Shown here piece after piece: positions 9,422 to 18,217 of a stretch of DNA of 64,000 bases. Below the pieces are notes generated by a model, which saw only the letters and a program-made list of their open reading frames with translations, was not told the DNA's origin and did no database searches. The position numbers and the translations under genes were made by a program. Each line of letters starts with the position of its first letter. Position 1 is the stretch's first letter. Origin of the DNA: a virus (lineage: Duplodnaviria > Caudoviricetes); the IMG/VR virus record IMGVR_UViG_3300037466_003648, positions 32,001-96,000 of that record; one strand, 5' to 3'.

Positions 9422-9874
9422 ATGTCCGACCTGTCCCCCTCCTTGAACAACGTTCCTGCGGGTGGTGACGCACCCGCGCTGGGTTTCCGTCCGACCGATC
9501 TGCCCAAGCTGTGGGCGGAGGGTGACGAGCTACCGCACCGCGACGTCAAGCGGAGTCATCGTGACCCCGAACCCGAACCGAAGGTTGGCATGGGTGTCAC
9601 AATGGGCTACGGTTCCGACTGTTATCCCGGCACGATCGTCAAGGTGTCGCCGTCCGGCCACGCCGTCTGGGTGGTGGACGACCGGCACACCTATACGGGT
9701 CCGCCGCGGCCCTACGGCGATCCCGGCAAGGACGAGGACTGGCACTACTTCCGCACCGCCGACAACGAGGGCAAGAAGGCCACCCGTCGCCAGAATGGAC
9801 GCTACGCGTTCGTGGGCAGTCACCAAGCTCTCAACTTGGGTGCCCGCCGCTACTACCAAGATCCCCACTTCTAG
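9422..9874 (+). CDS. hypothetical protein
   Basis: GGAAGGA RBS, GC3 bias. Confidence 0.7.
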   Translation: MSDLSPSLNNVPAGGDAPALGFRPTDLPKLWAEGDELPHRDVKRSHRDPEPEPKVGMGVTMGYGSDCYPGTIVKVSPSGHAVWVVDDRHTYTGPPRPYGDPGKDEDWHYFRTADNEGKKATRRQNGRYAFVGSHQALNLGARRYYQDPHF

Positions 9875-9888
9875 CCGAAGGAGCTACC

Positions 9889-10290
9889 ATGTCCACCAAG
9901 ACCGTTACCGTCAGGGAAACTTACGTTGCCCGCTTCTTTACGGAGACCACTCGCACCGAGGTCGAGGGCCGCGACGTAGCTGCTGCCGTAGCTGCCTTGC
10001 AGCCCTACGAGATGGGCTTCTCGTTCTTCGACCAGCAGGTGGAGACCCACAAGACCACCTGGGGCGAAGAGAAGACGGACTATGGTCCCAGGCTCGATGA
10101 AACCGGCATCTACTACCCTGGCGGCACCCTCTACATGCGAGATCAAGTGCTCGATCCCACCGGTGAATTTGCTGGTGAGAGCTTCGACATCTTGCGTAGC
10201 AACGTCGAAAACAACAACGTCCAGGCACTCGTCAAGACGCGCTCTGGCAACCTCATCCAGTTCCACCCCGATCGCGACCACATCATCTAG
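9889..10290 (+). CDS. hypothetical protein
   Basis: GAAGGAG RBS. Confidence 0.7.
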   Translation: MSTKTVTVRETYVARFFTETTRTEVEGRDVAAAVAALQPYEMGFSFFDQQVETHKTTWGEEKTDYGPRLDETGIYYPGGTLYMRDQVLDPTGEFAGESFDILRSNVENNNVQALVKTRSGNLIQFHPDRDHII

Positions 10291-10304
10291 CCGAAGGAGC
10301 AACT

Positions 10305-10583
10305 ATGTCCTACCAACCGCCCCACAAGCGAGGTACCCACAGGTTCGACCGTCCCCGCTGCGTCGCGTGCAACGGTTCCGGTTATGCCGAGTTCCCACGC
10401 GCCGTCGAGCGGGTCGAGGTGATGTTGGGTGACAGTGGTCTCTCCGTCACGCGCACCGTCTACGAGGGCGTGCGTCAGATCGGCACGGGCGCCTACATCA
10501 AGTTCAGCGGCAAGCACGTCGCCGTGAAGAAGGTGGACGGCAAGTGGGTTACCGAAAACCCGGAAGAGGCGGTGGTCAGGTGA
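10305..10583 (+). CDS. hypothetical protein
   Basis: GAAGGAG RBS; CxxCxGxG motif. Confidence 0.65.
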   Translation: MSYQPPHKRGTHRFDRPRCVACNGSGYAEFPRAVERVEVMLGDSGLSVTRTVYEGVRQIGTGAYIKFSGKHVAVKKVDGKWVTENPEEAVVR

Positions 10584-11206
10584 GTCGCGCGTTCCTGAAC
10601 AACGAGATCTACATCAGCGTCGATGTCGAGACCGACGGCCCCATCCCCGGCCCCAACTCGATGTTGTCGCTGGGCGCCGCCGCGTATCGGATCGAGATCG
10701 TCAATGGCAAACTCGTGCCCGTGCTGCTGGACACCTTCAGCATGAACATCGAGCAGCTGTGGGATGCCAAGCCCGATCCCGAGACCGAAGCCTGGTGGAA
10801 GACCCAACCTGCTGCTTGGGAAGCTTGTCGCAAGGACCCACAGAAGCCTGGTGTCGTCATGAAGCTGTTCAGCCAGTGGGTCGAAGAGACCTCGAAGGAA
10901 GCTAATGCGAAGCCCGTCTTCGTGGGCTACCCTGCGGGCTTCGACTTCCTCTTCGTCTACTGGTACCTGATCCGCTTCGTGGGTAAGAGCCCCTTCTCGT
11001 TCTCCGCGCTGGACGTCAAGACGTTCGCCATGGCCGTGTTGGGCACCGAGTACCGCAACTCGACGAAGCGCAACATGCCCAAGGGATGGTTCCCCAAGGT
11101 CCGCCACAACCACATCGCGGTCGATGATGCCGTGGAGCAGGGCGAGTTGTTCTGCAACATGTTCATCGACAACTACCGCCGCCGTAAGCCCAACACGACC
11201 CTTTAG
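10580..11206 (+). CDS. DEDDh 3'-5' exonuclease (Rv2179c-like exoribonuclease family)
   Basis: SVDVETDGP...MLSLGA...FDFLF...HIAVDDA; GTGA overlap. Confidence 0.85.
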   Translation: MSRAFLNNEIYISVDVETDGPIPGPNSMLSLGAAAYRIEIVNGKLVPVLLDTFSMNIEQLWDAKPDPETEAWWKTQPAAWEACRKDPQKPGVVMKLFSQWVEETSKEANAKPVFVGYPAGFDFLFVYWYLIRFVGKSPFSFSALDVKTFAMAVLGTEYRNSTKRNMPKGWFPKVRHNHIAVDDAVEQGELFCNMFIDNYRRRKPNTTL

Positions 11207-11215
11207 GAGGTCTCC

Positions 11216-12025
11216 ATGCTACTTGGTTGTCCCTACTGTCGGACCGTGCTCACCAAGCACTGGTTGTTCCGCACGCTGAAGTGCCCCACGCACGGCAAGA
11301 TCGAGCCGTACCGCGCGATCAACCTCGCGACCACGCCACCGCCCAAGCCGCCCGCGGCTCCGATCAGCAAGACGGCGCCTGTACCCACCCCGCGCCCGCC
11401 GCAGCCCTCGCGGACCCACCACAACCCGCCGCCCCCGGCTAGCCGCCCGGCTCCTCCTCGTGGTGTCCAGCATGTCCACCACGAGCACGAACACCACGAG
11501 CATCACCACCACACCTACATCCAGCCTTCGCCGCCACCCGTGGTCATCGAAGACCTCGGTGTTACGGCCAGCGGCAACTGGGGCACGGACACCCTGGCCC
11601 CTGCTGACAGCGGCGTGACCGCCAGTGATAGCTGGGGCACGACGGGTGCGGCAGGTGGTAACGGTGGTACGCCGGACAACTCTGGTTCTGGTGTGGACGC
11701 CAGCGGCAGCTGGGACACGGGCAACACGTACAGCCCGCCTCCCCCGCCTCCGCCGCCGTCCTACGAACCCAGCTACAGCCCGCCTACGCCGCCTCCTCCG
11801 GCTTCGGATTACAGCTACAGCCCGCCGCCTCCTCCCCCGCCTCCGCCGTCGTCGGACTACGGTTCGTCTTCGTCTTCCTACGACTCCGGCAGCTCCAGCA
11901 GCTCGTACGACTCCGGCAGCTCCAGCAGCTCGTACGACTCCGGCAGCTCCAGCAGCTCGTACGACTCCGGCAGCTCCAGCAGCTCGTACGACTCCGGCGG
12001 ATCGTCGGGCGGCGGGGACTGGTAA
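11216..12025 (+). CDS. low-complexity Pro/His/Ser/Gly-rich protein with N-terminal Zn ribbon
   Basis: AGGAGG RBS; CPYC...CPTH; SSSSSYDSG repeats; ends GGGDW. Confidence 0.75.
   Translation: MLLGCPYCRTVLTKHWLFRTLKCPTHGKIEPYRAINLATTPPPKPPAAPISKTAPVPTPRPPQPSRTHHNPPPPASRPAPPRGVQHVHHEHEHHEHHHHTYIQPSPPPVVIEDLGVTASGNWGTDTLAPADSGVTASDSWGTTGAAGGNGGTPDNSGSGVDASGSWDTGNTYSPPPPPPPPSYEPSYSPPTPPPPASDYSYSPPPPPPPPPSSDYGSSSSSYDSGSSSSSYDSGSSSSSYDSGSSSSSYDSGSSSSSYDSGGSSGGGDW
11879..11998 (+). repeat. 27-nt perfect tandem repeat, 4 copies plus 12 nt
   Basis: TACGACTCCGGCAGCTCCAGCAGCTCG at 11879, 11906, 11933, 11960; in-frame YDSGSSSSS. Confidence 0.95.
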
Positions 12026-12026
12026 G

Positions 12027-12353
12027 ATGCCGACCATCGTCAAGCAGCCTTGGGCTGAGTACGACGCGTGGTCGGGCTGCAAGCCGGATGGCTACTCGGT
12101 TCACCTCAGTGAGTCGGATCGAGTAGCCTTCGTTGATGGGTTCGACAAGACCTTCAACAACGAGGCGCAGGTCCCAGACAACTATGACAAGGCAGTTGGC
12201 AACCCCACGGTGATCGACGTTCCCGATCACGTACATCAGGCGCTGGTCGCGGTCCGGGAGGACAAGACGCACGACTACCCTTGGCGTGCATTTGGGATCT
12301 TCGTCCCCAACGACGCCGCGATCATGAAGTTGGGCATCAACCCCAACCCATAA
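12027..12353 (+). CDS. hypothetical protein
   Basis: ATG right after upstream stop; GC3 bias. Confidence 0.65.
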   Translation: MPTIVKQPWAEYDAWSGCKPDGYSVHLSESDRVAFVDGFDKTFNNEAQVPDNYDKAVGNPTVIDVPDHVHQALVAVREDKTHDYPWRAFGIFVPNDAAIMKLGINPNP

Positions 12354-12363
12354 GGAGTCCGCC

Positions 12364-12615
12364 ATGGACGCCGAATCCGCCTGGGCGATGGATCGTCACT
12401 GGGACGCGCCACCGCCCGAACCTCACTACAACTTGGGGATGTTGATCCTGTTCGTGGGTAGTTCGGTCCATCAAGCAGAGTCGCGATTGGCCGAAGCGAT
12501 TGCCAAGGCACCTGAAGGCGACATCAAGAACCGCCTTGCTGCTTGGGGCGAGCAGTTGAAGATCCTGGCTCAAGATCTTGACACCATACAATCCCTAGAA
12601 TCCCCCTTTAAATAA
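12364..12615 (+). CDS. hypothetical protein
   Basis: TAAGGAG RBS. Confidence 0.6.
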   Translation: MDAESAWAMDRHWDAPPPEPHYNLGMLILFVGSSVHQAESRLAEAIAKAPEGDIKNRLAAWGEQLKILAQDLDTIQSLESPFK

Positions 12616-12626
12616 GGAGCACCGCC

Positions 12627-13748
12627 ATGAGCACCGTCCGCACCACCATCGAGCGTCTGGTCAACGTCCGGCCGCACACCAACTCTGACAACCTGAACCT
12701 CGCCATCGTGCGTGGCTGGCAAATGGTCATGAACGACCGCAACGCGGAGAACCCGCGTAAGACCGGCGACCTGGTCGTTTACTTCGAGGCGGGCACCGTG
12801 CTTCCGTTGAAGTGGGCCGAGAAGTTCGAGGTCGTCAACTACCTCTCCAACAAGACGGACATCGAGGGCAACAAGGTCTTGGTGGTCGGCAAGGTCCGCT
12901 TGCGGGGCGAGCCCAGCTTCGGTCTCACGGTTCCCGTCGCCGAGGCGCTGGCCCTGATGGACGAGCCGGACACCGCGGTTCTGTTCGAGGGCGACGACGT
13001 GTCGCACCTCTTCGGCACCAGCAAGTACCGGCCGCCGGTCAAGGCGAGCGCGGGTGACGCCGAGGAGGATCACCCGCACTTCCAGCCCTACACCGACATC
13101 GAGAACCTGCGCAACTTCCCCAACATCATCGAGGAAGGCGAAGAGGTCACCTACCGCGAGAAGCTGCACGGCACGAACTGTCGCGTGGGCTTCGTGCGCT
13201 GTGACGAAGATCCCAACTGCATCGTCCGCATGGCGGGCTCGCGCGAACTGCGGCGCAAGGCGCCCAAGACCGACGACGAGATGGCCGCCAACACCTACTG
13301 GTTCCCGTGGACGCTGGAGTCGGTCAGCTTGATGCTCAGCCACCTGGGTATTCAAGGTAACCAGAGCGCGACGCTGTACGGTGAGGTCTACGGTGGTGGC
13401 GTCCAGAAGGGCTTCGACTACGGCCACAAGCGTCCGCAGTTCCGCGCCTTTGACCTGTCGGTCAACGGCAAGTACCTGGACGATCCCGAGTTCGAGGCGC
13501 TGTGCCAGGAGTTCGGTATCGAGGTGGCGCCGCTCGCGTACCGCGGTCCCCACAACATGGCCAAGCTCAAGGAGCTGGCTGAAGGCAAGACGGCCATCGA
13601 GGGTGCCACGCATATCAGCGAGGGCATCGTCGTAACCCCCACCAAGGAGCGTGTCCACCCGCAGGTGGGTCGCGTGATCCTCAAGTACGTGTCGGATGCC
13701 TACCTCTTCCGCAAGGGCGGGGATGACGACGACACGACCGACGTGTAA
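12627..13748 (+). CDS. ATP-dependent RNA ligase (DRB0094/Rnl5-type, N-terminal OB domain)
   Basis: HTNSDNL N-terminus; motif I EKLHGTN; YGEVYG, FRAFDL, EGIVV, LKYVS. Confidence 0.9.
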   Translation: MSTVRTTIERLVNVRPHTNSDNLNLAIVRGWQMVMNDRNAENPRKTGDLVVYFEAGTVLPLKWAEKFEVVNYLSNKTDIEGNKVLVVGKVRLRGEPSFGLTVPVAEALALMDEPDTAVLFEGDDVSHLFGTSKYRPPVKASAGDAEEDHPHFQPYTDIENLRNFPNIIEEGEEVTYREKLHGTNCRVGFVRCDEDPNCIVRMAGSRELRRKAPKTDDEMAANTYWFPWTLESVSLMLSHLGIQGNQSATLYGEVYGGGVQKGFDYGHKRPQFRAFDLSVNGKYLDDPEFEALCQEFGIEVAPLAYRGPHNMAKLKELAEGKTAIEGATHISEGIVVTPTKERVHPQVGRVILKYVSDAYLFRKGGDDDDTTDV

Positions 13749-13754
13749 TCACCA

Positions 13755-13780
13755 AGGGGCCAGCCTTCGGGTTGGCCCCT
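13755..13780 (+). terminator. stem-loop after RNA ligase
   Basis: AGGGGCCAGCC-TTCG-GGTTGGCCCCT; lacks a U tract. Confidence 0.5.
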
Positions 13781-13797
13781 CGCCGAAAGGAGCCACT

Positions 13798-14259
13798 ATG
13801 CCCCGCCCCAGCCGACGTACCCCGGAACGGGTCGTGGGTCGCGCCCACAAGGAACAATGCTTTGAACTGGCTCGGCAGCTGGCCACCGAGTTCAAGTTCA
13901 CGATGCCCTACTACAACGAGAAACAGTCTCTCTACCCGGAGACGTACTACGCCCAGCGGTTCATCGTGGTCAAGCGTCACACCATCTACAACAACGATGA
14001 CGACGGCCACGGCGCATCGGTCAAGGACGAGAACGCTTACGGCGAGTGGGCGGCTACTCCTGAAGACGCTGTCGAGAAGGTCCGTGAGGAGCTGAAGCAC
14101 TACGGCTACCGCCACGTCGAGGTCTACGATGTCGAGCGCCAAGAACAGTGCGACATCGACTTTGCCATCGTGTTGAAGTACAACGCGGTGGTGACCCAGG
14201 TGGCAGTGGCAGGCGGTGAGTACCTGGGCAACGCGCCCACAGTGAAAGGCAAAGACTAA
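13798..14259 (+). CDS. hypothetical protein
   Basis: GAAAGGAGCC RBS; TAATG coupling to next gene. Confidence 0.7.
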   Translation: MPRPSRRTPERVVGRAHKEQCFELARQLATEFKFTMPYYNEKQSLYPETYYAQRFIVVKRHTIYNNDDDGHGASVKDENAYGEWAATPEDAVEKVREELKHYGYRHVEVYDVERQEQCDIDFAIVLKYNAVVTQVAVAGGEYLGNAPTVKGKD

Positions 14260-14732
14260 TGGGCATGTTCGATTCGTTCTTCGCACCGATCACCTGCCCG
14301 CGCTGCAAGCAGCATTTCCCGAACGGCGAACTGCAGACCAAGCACGGTGTCTGCCACCTGGAGAAAGTGCGCATCGGCGAGTCCTCTCGCAAGATCGACA
14401 GCGGATTGCAGACCGGTGTGATCGACGACATTCTCTGGTTCTGTCCCAACGACGCGTGCCGCAAGGCCACCGCCTGGAAAGACACCCCGCGTGTCAAGGT
14501 CTTCATCCGCGACTTCGTGTTCATGGGAGCCAAGGTCGAGGACCAGACCAACCCCGACGACGACTTCGCAGACTCGCCGGTACCGTTCCGCGTAGAAGTT
14601 GCCCCGAAGGACAACTACGTGGAGCAGCTGGAGCAGGTCATCGCGCGCGTCAAGGACGCCTTCGAGAATGGCGACTACAGCAAGGTCTACGACGAGTTGA
14701 AGGACTACGGACACCTGTCCGTGAAGGAGTAA
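14259..14732 (+). CDS. hypothetical protein (MGMFD-CPxC phage family-like)
   Basis: coupled start; CPRC and CPNDAC motifs. Confidence 0.7.
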   Translation: MGMFDSFFAPITCPRCKQHFPNGELQTKHGVCHLEKVRIGESSRKIDSGLQTGVIDDILWFCPNDACRKATAWKDTPRVKVFIRDFVFMGAKVEDQTNPDDDFADSPVPFRVEVAPKDNYVEQLEQVIARVKDAFENGDYSKVYDELKDYGHLSVKE

Positions 14733-14734
14733 CG

Positions 14735-15193
14735 ATGCACACTCAGATCCGCGAACTGGCCGAAGCTCTGCTGAACCGCCGGAATGGTGGTGGCGGTGAA
14801 CTAGATGGCCCCGTGCGTAATCTGCTAGCAGCAATCGCCGAAGAGCACACGGAGTTCGCTGACATCATCTACGAGTACCTGCCGGACATTGTCACCGGTA
14901 CCTACGATCGTCGCTTCGAGCTGGTTGAGATCAAGGAGGGCGACTTGCCGCGGCTAACGGTCGCCACCAACCGCATTTCGCTCAAGATGCCCAAGGGGTC
15001 GTCTCAAGCGATGATCGACCATTACACCAGCTTGGCACATACCATTGCTGATCAGGTCGACAACCCGCACACGGTGCGCGGCACGTTCATCGGAACAGGT
15101 ATCCGCCTACGCGACGTTAAGAACAAGACGTACGGCCGCTTCGATGAGAACGGTCAGCGCAAGGTGCCCGATGTTCAACCCGACGAGGCGTGA
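14735..15193 (+). CDS. hypothetical protein
   Basis: GAAGGAG RBS. Confidence 0.65.
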   Translation: MHTQIRELAEALLNRRNGGGGELDGPVRNLLAAIAEEHTEFADIIYEYLPDIVTGTYDRRFELVEIKEGDLPRLTVATNRISLKMPKGSSQAMIDHYTSLAHTIADQVDNPHTVRGTFIGTGIRLRDVKNKTYGRFDENGQRKVPDVQPDEA

Positions 15194-15197
15194 CACG

Positions 15198-15842
15198 ATG
15201 CCGGACCGCATGCAAGACCTGGGGGACCTGCGAGACGCCTGCATGGGTTGTCGCAACTGCGATCTAGCAATTGCTAGAACCAACGTGGTCTTCGCTCGCG
15301 GCAACCCCTACGCACACGCGATGATCGTGGGCGAGGCGCCCGGCGCCGACGAAGACGCCACGGGCAAGCCCTTCGTCGGGCGCGCCGGTCAGCTCCTCGA
15401 CCGGATGTTCAAGTCCGTGGGGCTGGACACCGAGGAGCACTTCTACCTCACTAACACCGTGCGCTGCCGTCCGCCGGGGAACGCCAAGCCCACGCCCGAC
15501 CAAACTGCCGCCTGCAAGTACTGGCTCATCGACCAGATCCATCTGCTGCAGCCGCGCTTCATCGTGGCCGTCGGCGGCGTCGCCACAAGCTGGTTCAAGG
15601 GCGAGGAGGCCAAGATCACGCACCTCCGCGGACGCTGGTTCACCTGGAGCCCGCCGGACAGTTCGCTGGTCATCCCGGTCTTCCCCATCCTGCACCCCGC
15701 GTATCTGCTGCGCCAGAACGACCCACGTTGGGAAGACCCGACATCGCCGCACAGCTTGACCTTCCGGGACATGAAAGCCATCCGTCGTGCCTACCAGAAT
15801 CGCGGGCTCATCAACACCGCCGACCTTCCCGCAGAGGAGTGA
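15198..15842 (+). CDS. uracil-DNA glycosylase, family 4 (Fe-S)
   Basis: CxxCxxC N-terminus, GEAPG-ED-G-PFVG-AG, NTVRCRPPGN, HPAYLLR. Confidence 0.93.
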   Translation: MPDRMQDLGDLRDACMGCRNCDLAIARTNVVFARGNPYAHAMIVGEAPGADEDATGKPFVGRAGQLLDRMFKSVGLDTEEHFYLTNTVRCRPPGNAKPTPDQTAACKYWLIDQIHLLQPRFIVAVGGVATSWFKGEEAKITHLRGRWFTWSPPDSSLVIPVFPILHPAYLLRQNDPRWEDPTSPHSLTFRDMKAIRRAYQNRGLINTADLPAEE

Positions 15843-15845
15843 TCC

Positions 15846-16037
15846 ATGCAGAAACCCAACTACGACAACCTGACACCTAATGAGAAAGCAGCATTTCTCG
15901 CGGGCATGCAGTACGGCGCCGATCGCGTTGGTAGCGAGATCAGTGACAACGCTCTGCACTACTTCGATGCTGCCTACAAGCTCGTGGAGAACGAGATCGA
16001 GGAAAGTCAAGCCGAGCTGAACAAGGAGCAGAGGTAG
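15846..16037 (+). CDS. hypothetical protein
   Basis: GAGGAG RBS. Confidence 0.6.
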   Translation: MQKPNYDNLTPNEKAAFLAGMQYGADRVGSEISDNALHYFDAAYKLVENEIEESQAELNKEQR

Positions 16038-16039
16038 TC

Positions 16040-16498
16040 ATGGGTCAGAAACTGCAAGAGCACTGGATCGAGCCGCCCATCCAGATCGCCTCCGAGATGG
16101 CGTCCAGCGTCCACTGGTTCCAGGTGGGCATCGCCAAGGATAACCGCGACGAGAAGCCGTACCTCCGCATCAGCATCTGGCAGAAGGTCTTCCGCCTCGA
16201 CAACCACGAAGCGATCGCCGCCGTCGCCAAGGTCGCCTTGCGGTGGGTGGAACTGTACACCCCGAAGAAGGAAACGATCGGCGTCGACCTCTGGCGGGAA
16301 GGTTTCTCCATGACGGGGGAGTCCGGTACGGCCGAGTTTCTGGGGCACTACCCGGAAGCCAAGACCGTGCGGGAAGCAGCGGACGCTCACGCAGCGGCGA
16401 ACCCCCAATTCGCCAAGCTGTACAAGCCCGAGCACCTTACCTACTGGGGTTGCCGCTTGTACGACAACGAGGCCGATGCACGCAAGAGCTTCGGTTAG
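16040..16498 (+). CDS. hypothetical protein
   Basis: GAGG RBS, GC3 bias. Confidence 0.7.
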   Translation: MGQKLQEHWIEPPIQIASEMASSVHWFQVGIAKDNRDEKPYLRISIWQKVFRLDNHEAIAAVAKVALRWVELYTPKKETIGVDLWREGFSMTGESGTAEFLGHYPEAKTVREAADAHAAANPQFAKLYKPEHLTYWGCRLYDNEADARKSFG

Positions 16499-16559
16499 TT
16501 GACGACGTCCCGGTCTTTTGACCAGTTGGGTTGGTTGTCCACTGCTGAAAGGAGCCCCC

Positions 16560-17009
16560 ATGCACACGCTTACGGCTGCCCCGCTTACCATCACCTTCGG
16601 GAAGCATGCTGGCATCCCGATCACCCGCGTCCCGCCGGACTTCCTCGTCTGGCTTGCCAGCAAGAGCGAGTTCGTCATGGACGGCATCGAGTGGGTCGCG
16701 ATCGCCGAAGCCGAGTTAAAGCGCCGCGGCACCCGGCGGGAGGGTATCCTACCCAGCCACCACGCCATCGACCGCTTCAGCCAGCGACACCTGGACAAGT
16801 TCCTCCAGCGGGAGAACCCCGACGAGGGCTTGTCCAGCTTCGTCGGCCGCTTGGCAACCACCGCGTGGGAGCTGGGCGAGGTCATCAACTACGAGGAGAT
16901 CGGTGACATGATGACCGTCGTCAAGGCGCTGGGCAACATGGGCTTCGTGTTCGCCTGCACCTCCGAACCGCGACCGCTCACGGTCAAGACCGTCTTGGTT
17001 CTGGAGTAG
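16560..17009 (+). CDS. DUF3820-like domain protein
   Basis: ITFGKHAG-PI-RVP-DFL-WL motif; GAAAGGAG RBS. Confidence 0.7.
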   Translation: MHTLTAAPLTITFGKHAGIPITRVPPDFLVWLASKSEFVMDGIEWVAIAEAELKRRGTRREGILPSHHAIDRFSQRHLDKFLQRENPDEGLSSFVGRLATTAWELGEVINYEEIGDMMTVVKALGNMGFVFACTSEPRPLTVKTVLVLE

Positions 17010-17018
17010 GTGGCGTAG

Positions 17019-17231
17019 ATGGAAGTTTATGTCTACGCGGGCAATGCTCCGCTGGGTCAGGAGCCCTTGGGCACTGAAGGACGGCACATTTGGCGGGATC
17101 TCACCACCCTTAAGGGAGCCATTCAACGCGCCCGTGCGTTGTACCCCAGCGATGGGTTCATGGTCTACACCTTCACCAACTTCTTCAACGACGCGACGTT
17201 CAAGCTCCAGCACAGGGAGCCGGGCTTGTAG
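17019..17231 (+). CDS. hypothetical protein
   Basis: ORF in operon context. Confidence 0.55.
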   Translation: MEVYVYAGNAPLGQEPLGTEGRHIWRDLTTLKGAIQRARALYPSDGFMVYTFTNFFNDATFKLQHREPGL

Positions 17232-17278
17232 GATCGTTACATGCGTGGTAAGGTACATGTACTTCCAAGGAGGTACAT

Positions 17279-17572
17279 ATGGCTCCCCGTTGTCATCACT
17301 GCCTGTTGCTCGCCCAGGCAGTCATTGCGATCCCAGGTCAGAAGATCTACACCTGCCCACGGCACGGTAGGATCACAACCATCGTCGAGATGGACGCTCC
17401 CGAACCGGTCCCGGTAGAGGACGAAGGTGATGACGAGGAGCTGGGCGCCTACCGTCGTGTGGTTGCCCAAGCTTACCCGAACGCGCAGCCTGTCGCGAGC
17501 GACGAGCCCGAAGGTTACGAGACCTTCTCCCACATCCCTGGATACACCCGCTTTACGAGGAACAGTGCCTAA
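17279..17572 (+). CDS. hypothetical protein with N-terminal Zn ribbon
   Basis: AAGGAGG RBS; CHHC...CPRH. Confidence 0.6.
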   Translation: MAPRCHHCLLLAQAVIAIPGQKIYTCPRHGRITTIVEMDAPEPVPVEDEGDDEELGAYRRVVAQAYPNAQPVASDEPEGYETFSHIPGYTRFTRNSA

Positions 17573-18201
17573 TGGCTGGCAAGAAGCACACCGGGTTCGC
17601 CCACGAAGATCGCCGTGCCAAGAAGCACGAGTGGGGAACCCCTGCCACGATCTTCGAGTTGCTGAACATCATGTTCGATCTGGACCCGTGCCATCCCCAG
17701 ATCGCCTACTCCATTCCCATCGACAACTGGTGCCACGCCTGGTACACCAAGGAGGATGATGGGCTCAAGTCGCCGTGGTTCGGGCGGGTCTTCATGAACC
17801 CGCCCTACGGTGACGGCATCATCCACTGGATGGCGAAGATGCACGAGCACGCGAACGGCATCGCGCTCGTGTTCGCCCGCACAGACGTCAAGTGGTACCG
17901 ACAGTACGCGCTCCAGGCTGACGCGATCCTGTACCTCAAGACCCGCTTGAAGTTCATCGACATGAACGACGACAAGGACGAAGAGAAGGCGAAGAACGGC
18001 GCGGGCGCCGGGTCGATGCTCGTTGCCTGGGGCGACGACAACGTGGCTGCCCTTGCCAACCTCGCCCATTTGGGCGACTTTAGGGATCTCCGCATCGAGC
18101 GTCTGTTCAAGTCCTACGCCGGTAAGCCCCTCAACGCGCTCACGACCGCTGCTGCCAAGCTGTTGATCGGGGCGGCAGTCGAGAACTGCGTAGCCGCCTG
18201 A
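17572..18201 (+). CDS. phage DNA N6-adenine methyltransferase (Dam-like, PF05869-type)
   Basis: EWGTP, FDLDPC, DDGL--W-GRVFMNPPYG. Confidence 0.9.
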   Translation: MAGKKHTGFAHEDRRAKKHEWGTPATIFELLNIMFDLDPCHPQIAYSIPIDNWCHAWYTKEDDGLKSPWFGRVFMNPPYGDGIIHWMAKMHEHANGIALVFARTDVKWYRQYALQADAILYLKTRLKFIDMNDDKDEEKAKNGAGAGSMLVAWGDDNVAALANLAHLGDFRDLRIERLFKSYAGKPLNALTTAAAKLLIGAAVENCVAA

Positions 18202-18217
18202 CAGAAAGGAGCACCCC

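Noticed and set aside
11879-11998. 27-nt repeats as a CRISPR array
   Set aside because: Head-to-tail with no spacers, in frame inside a CDS, and no cas genes in the window
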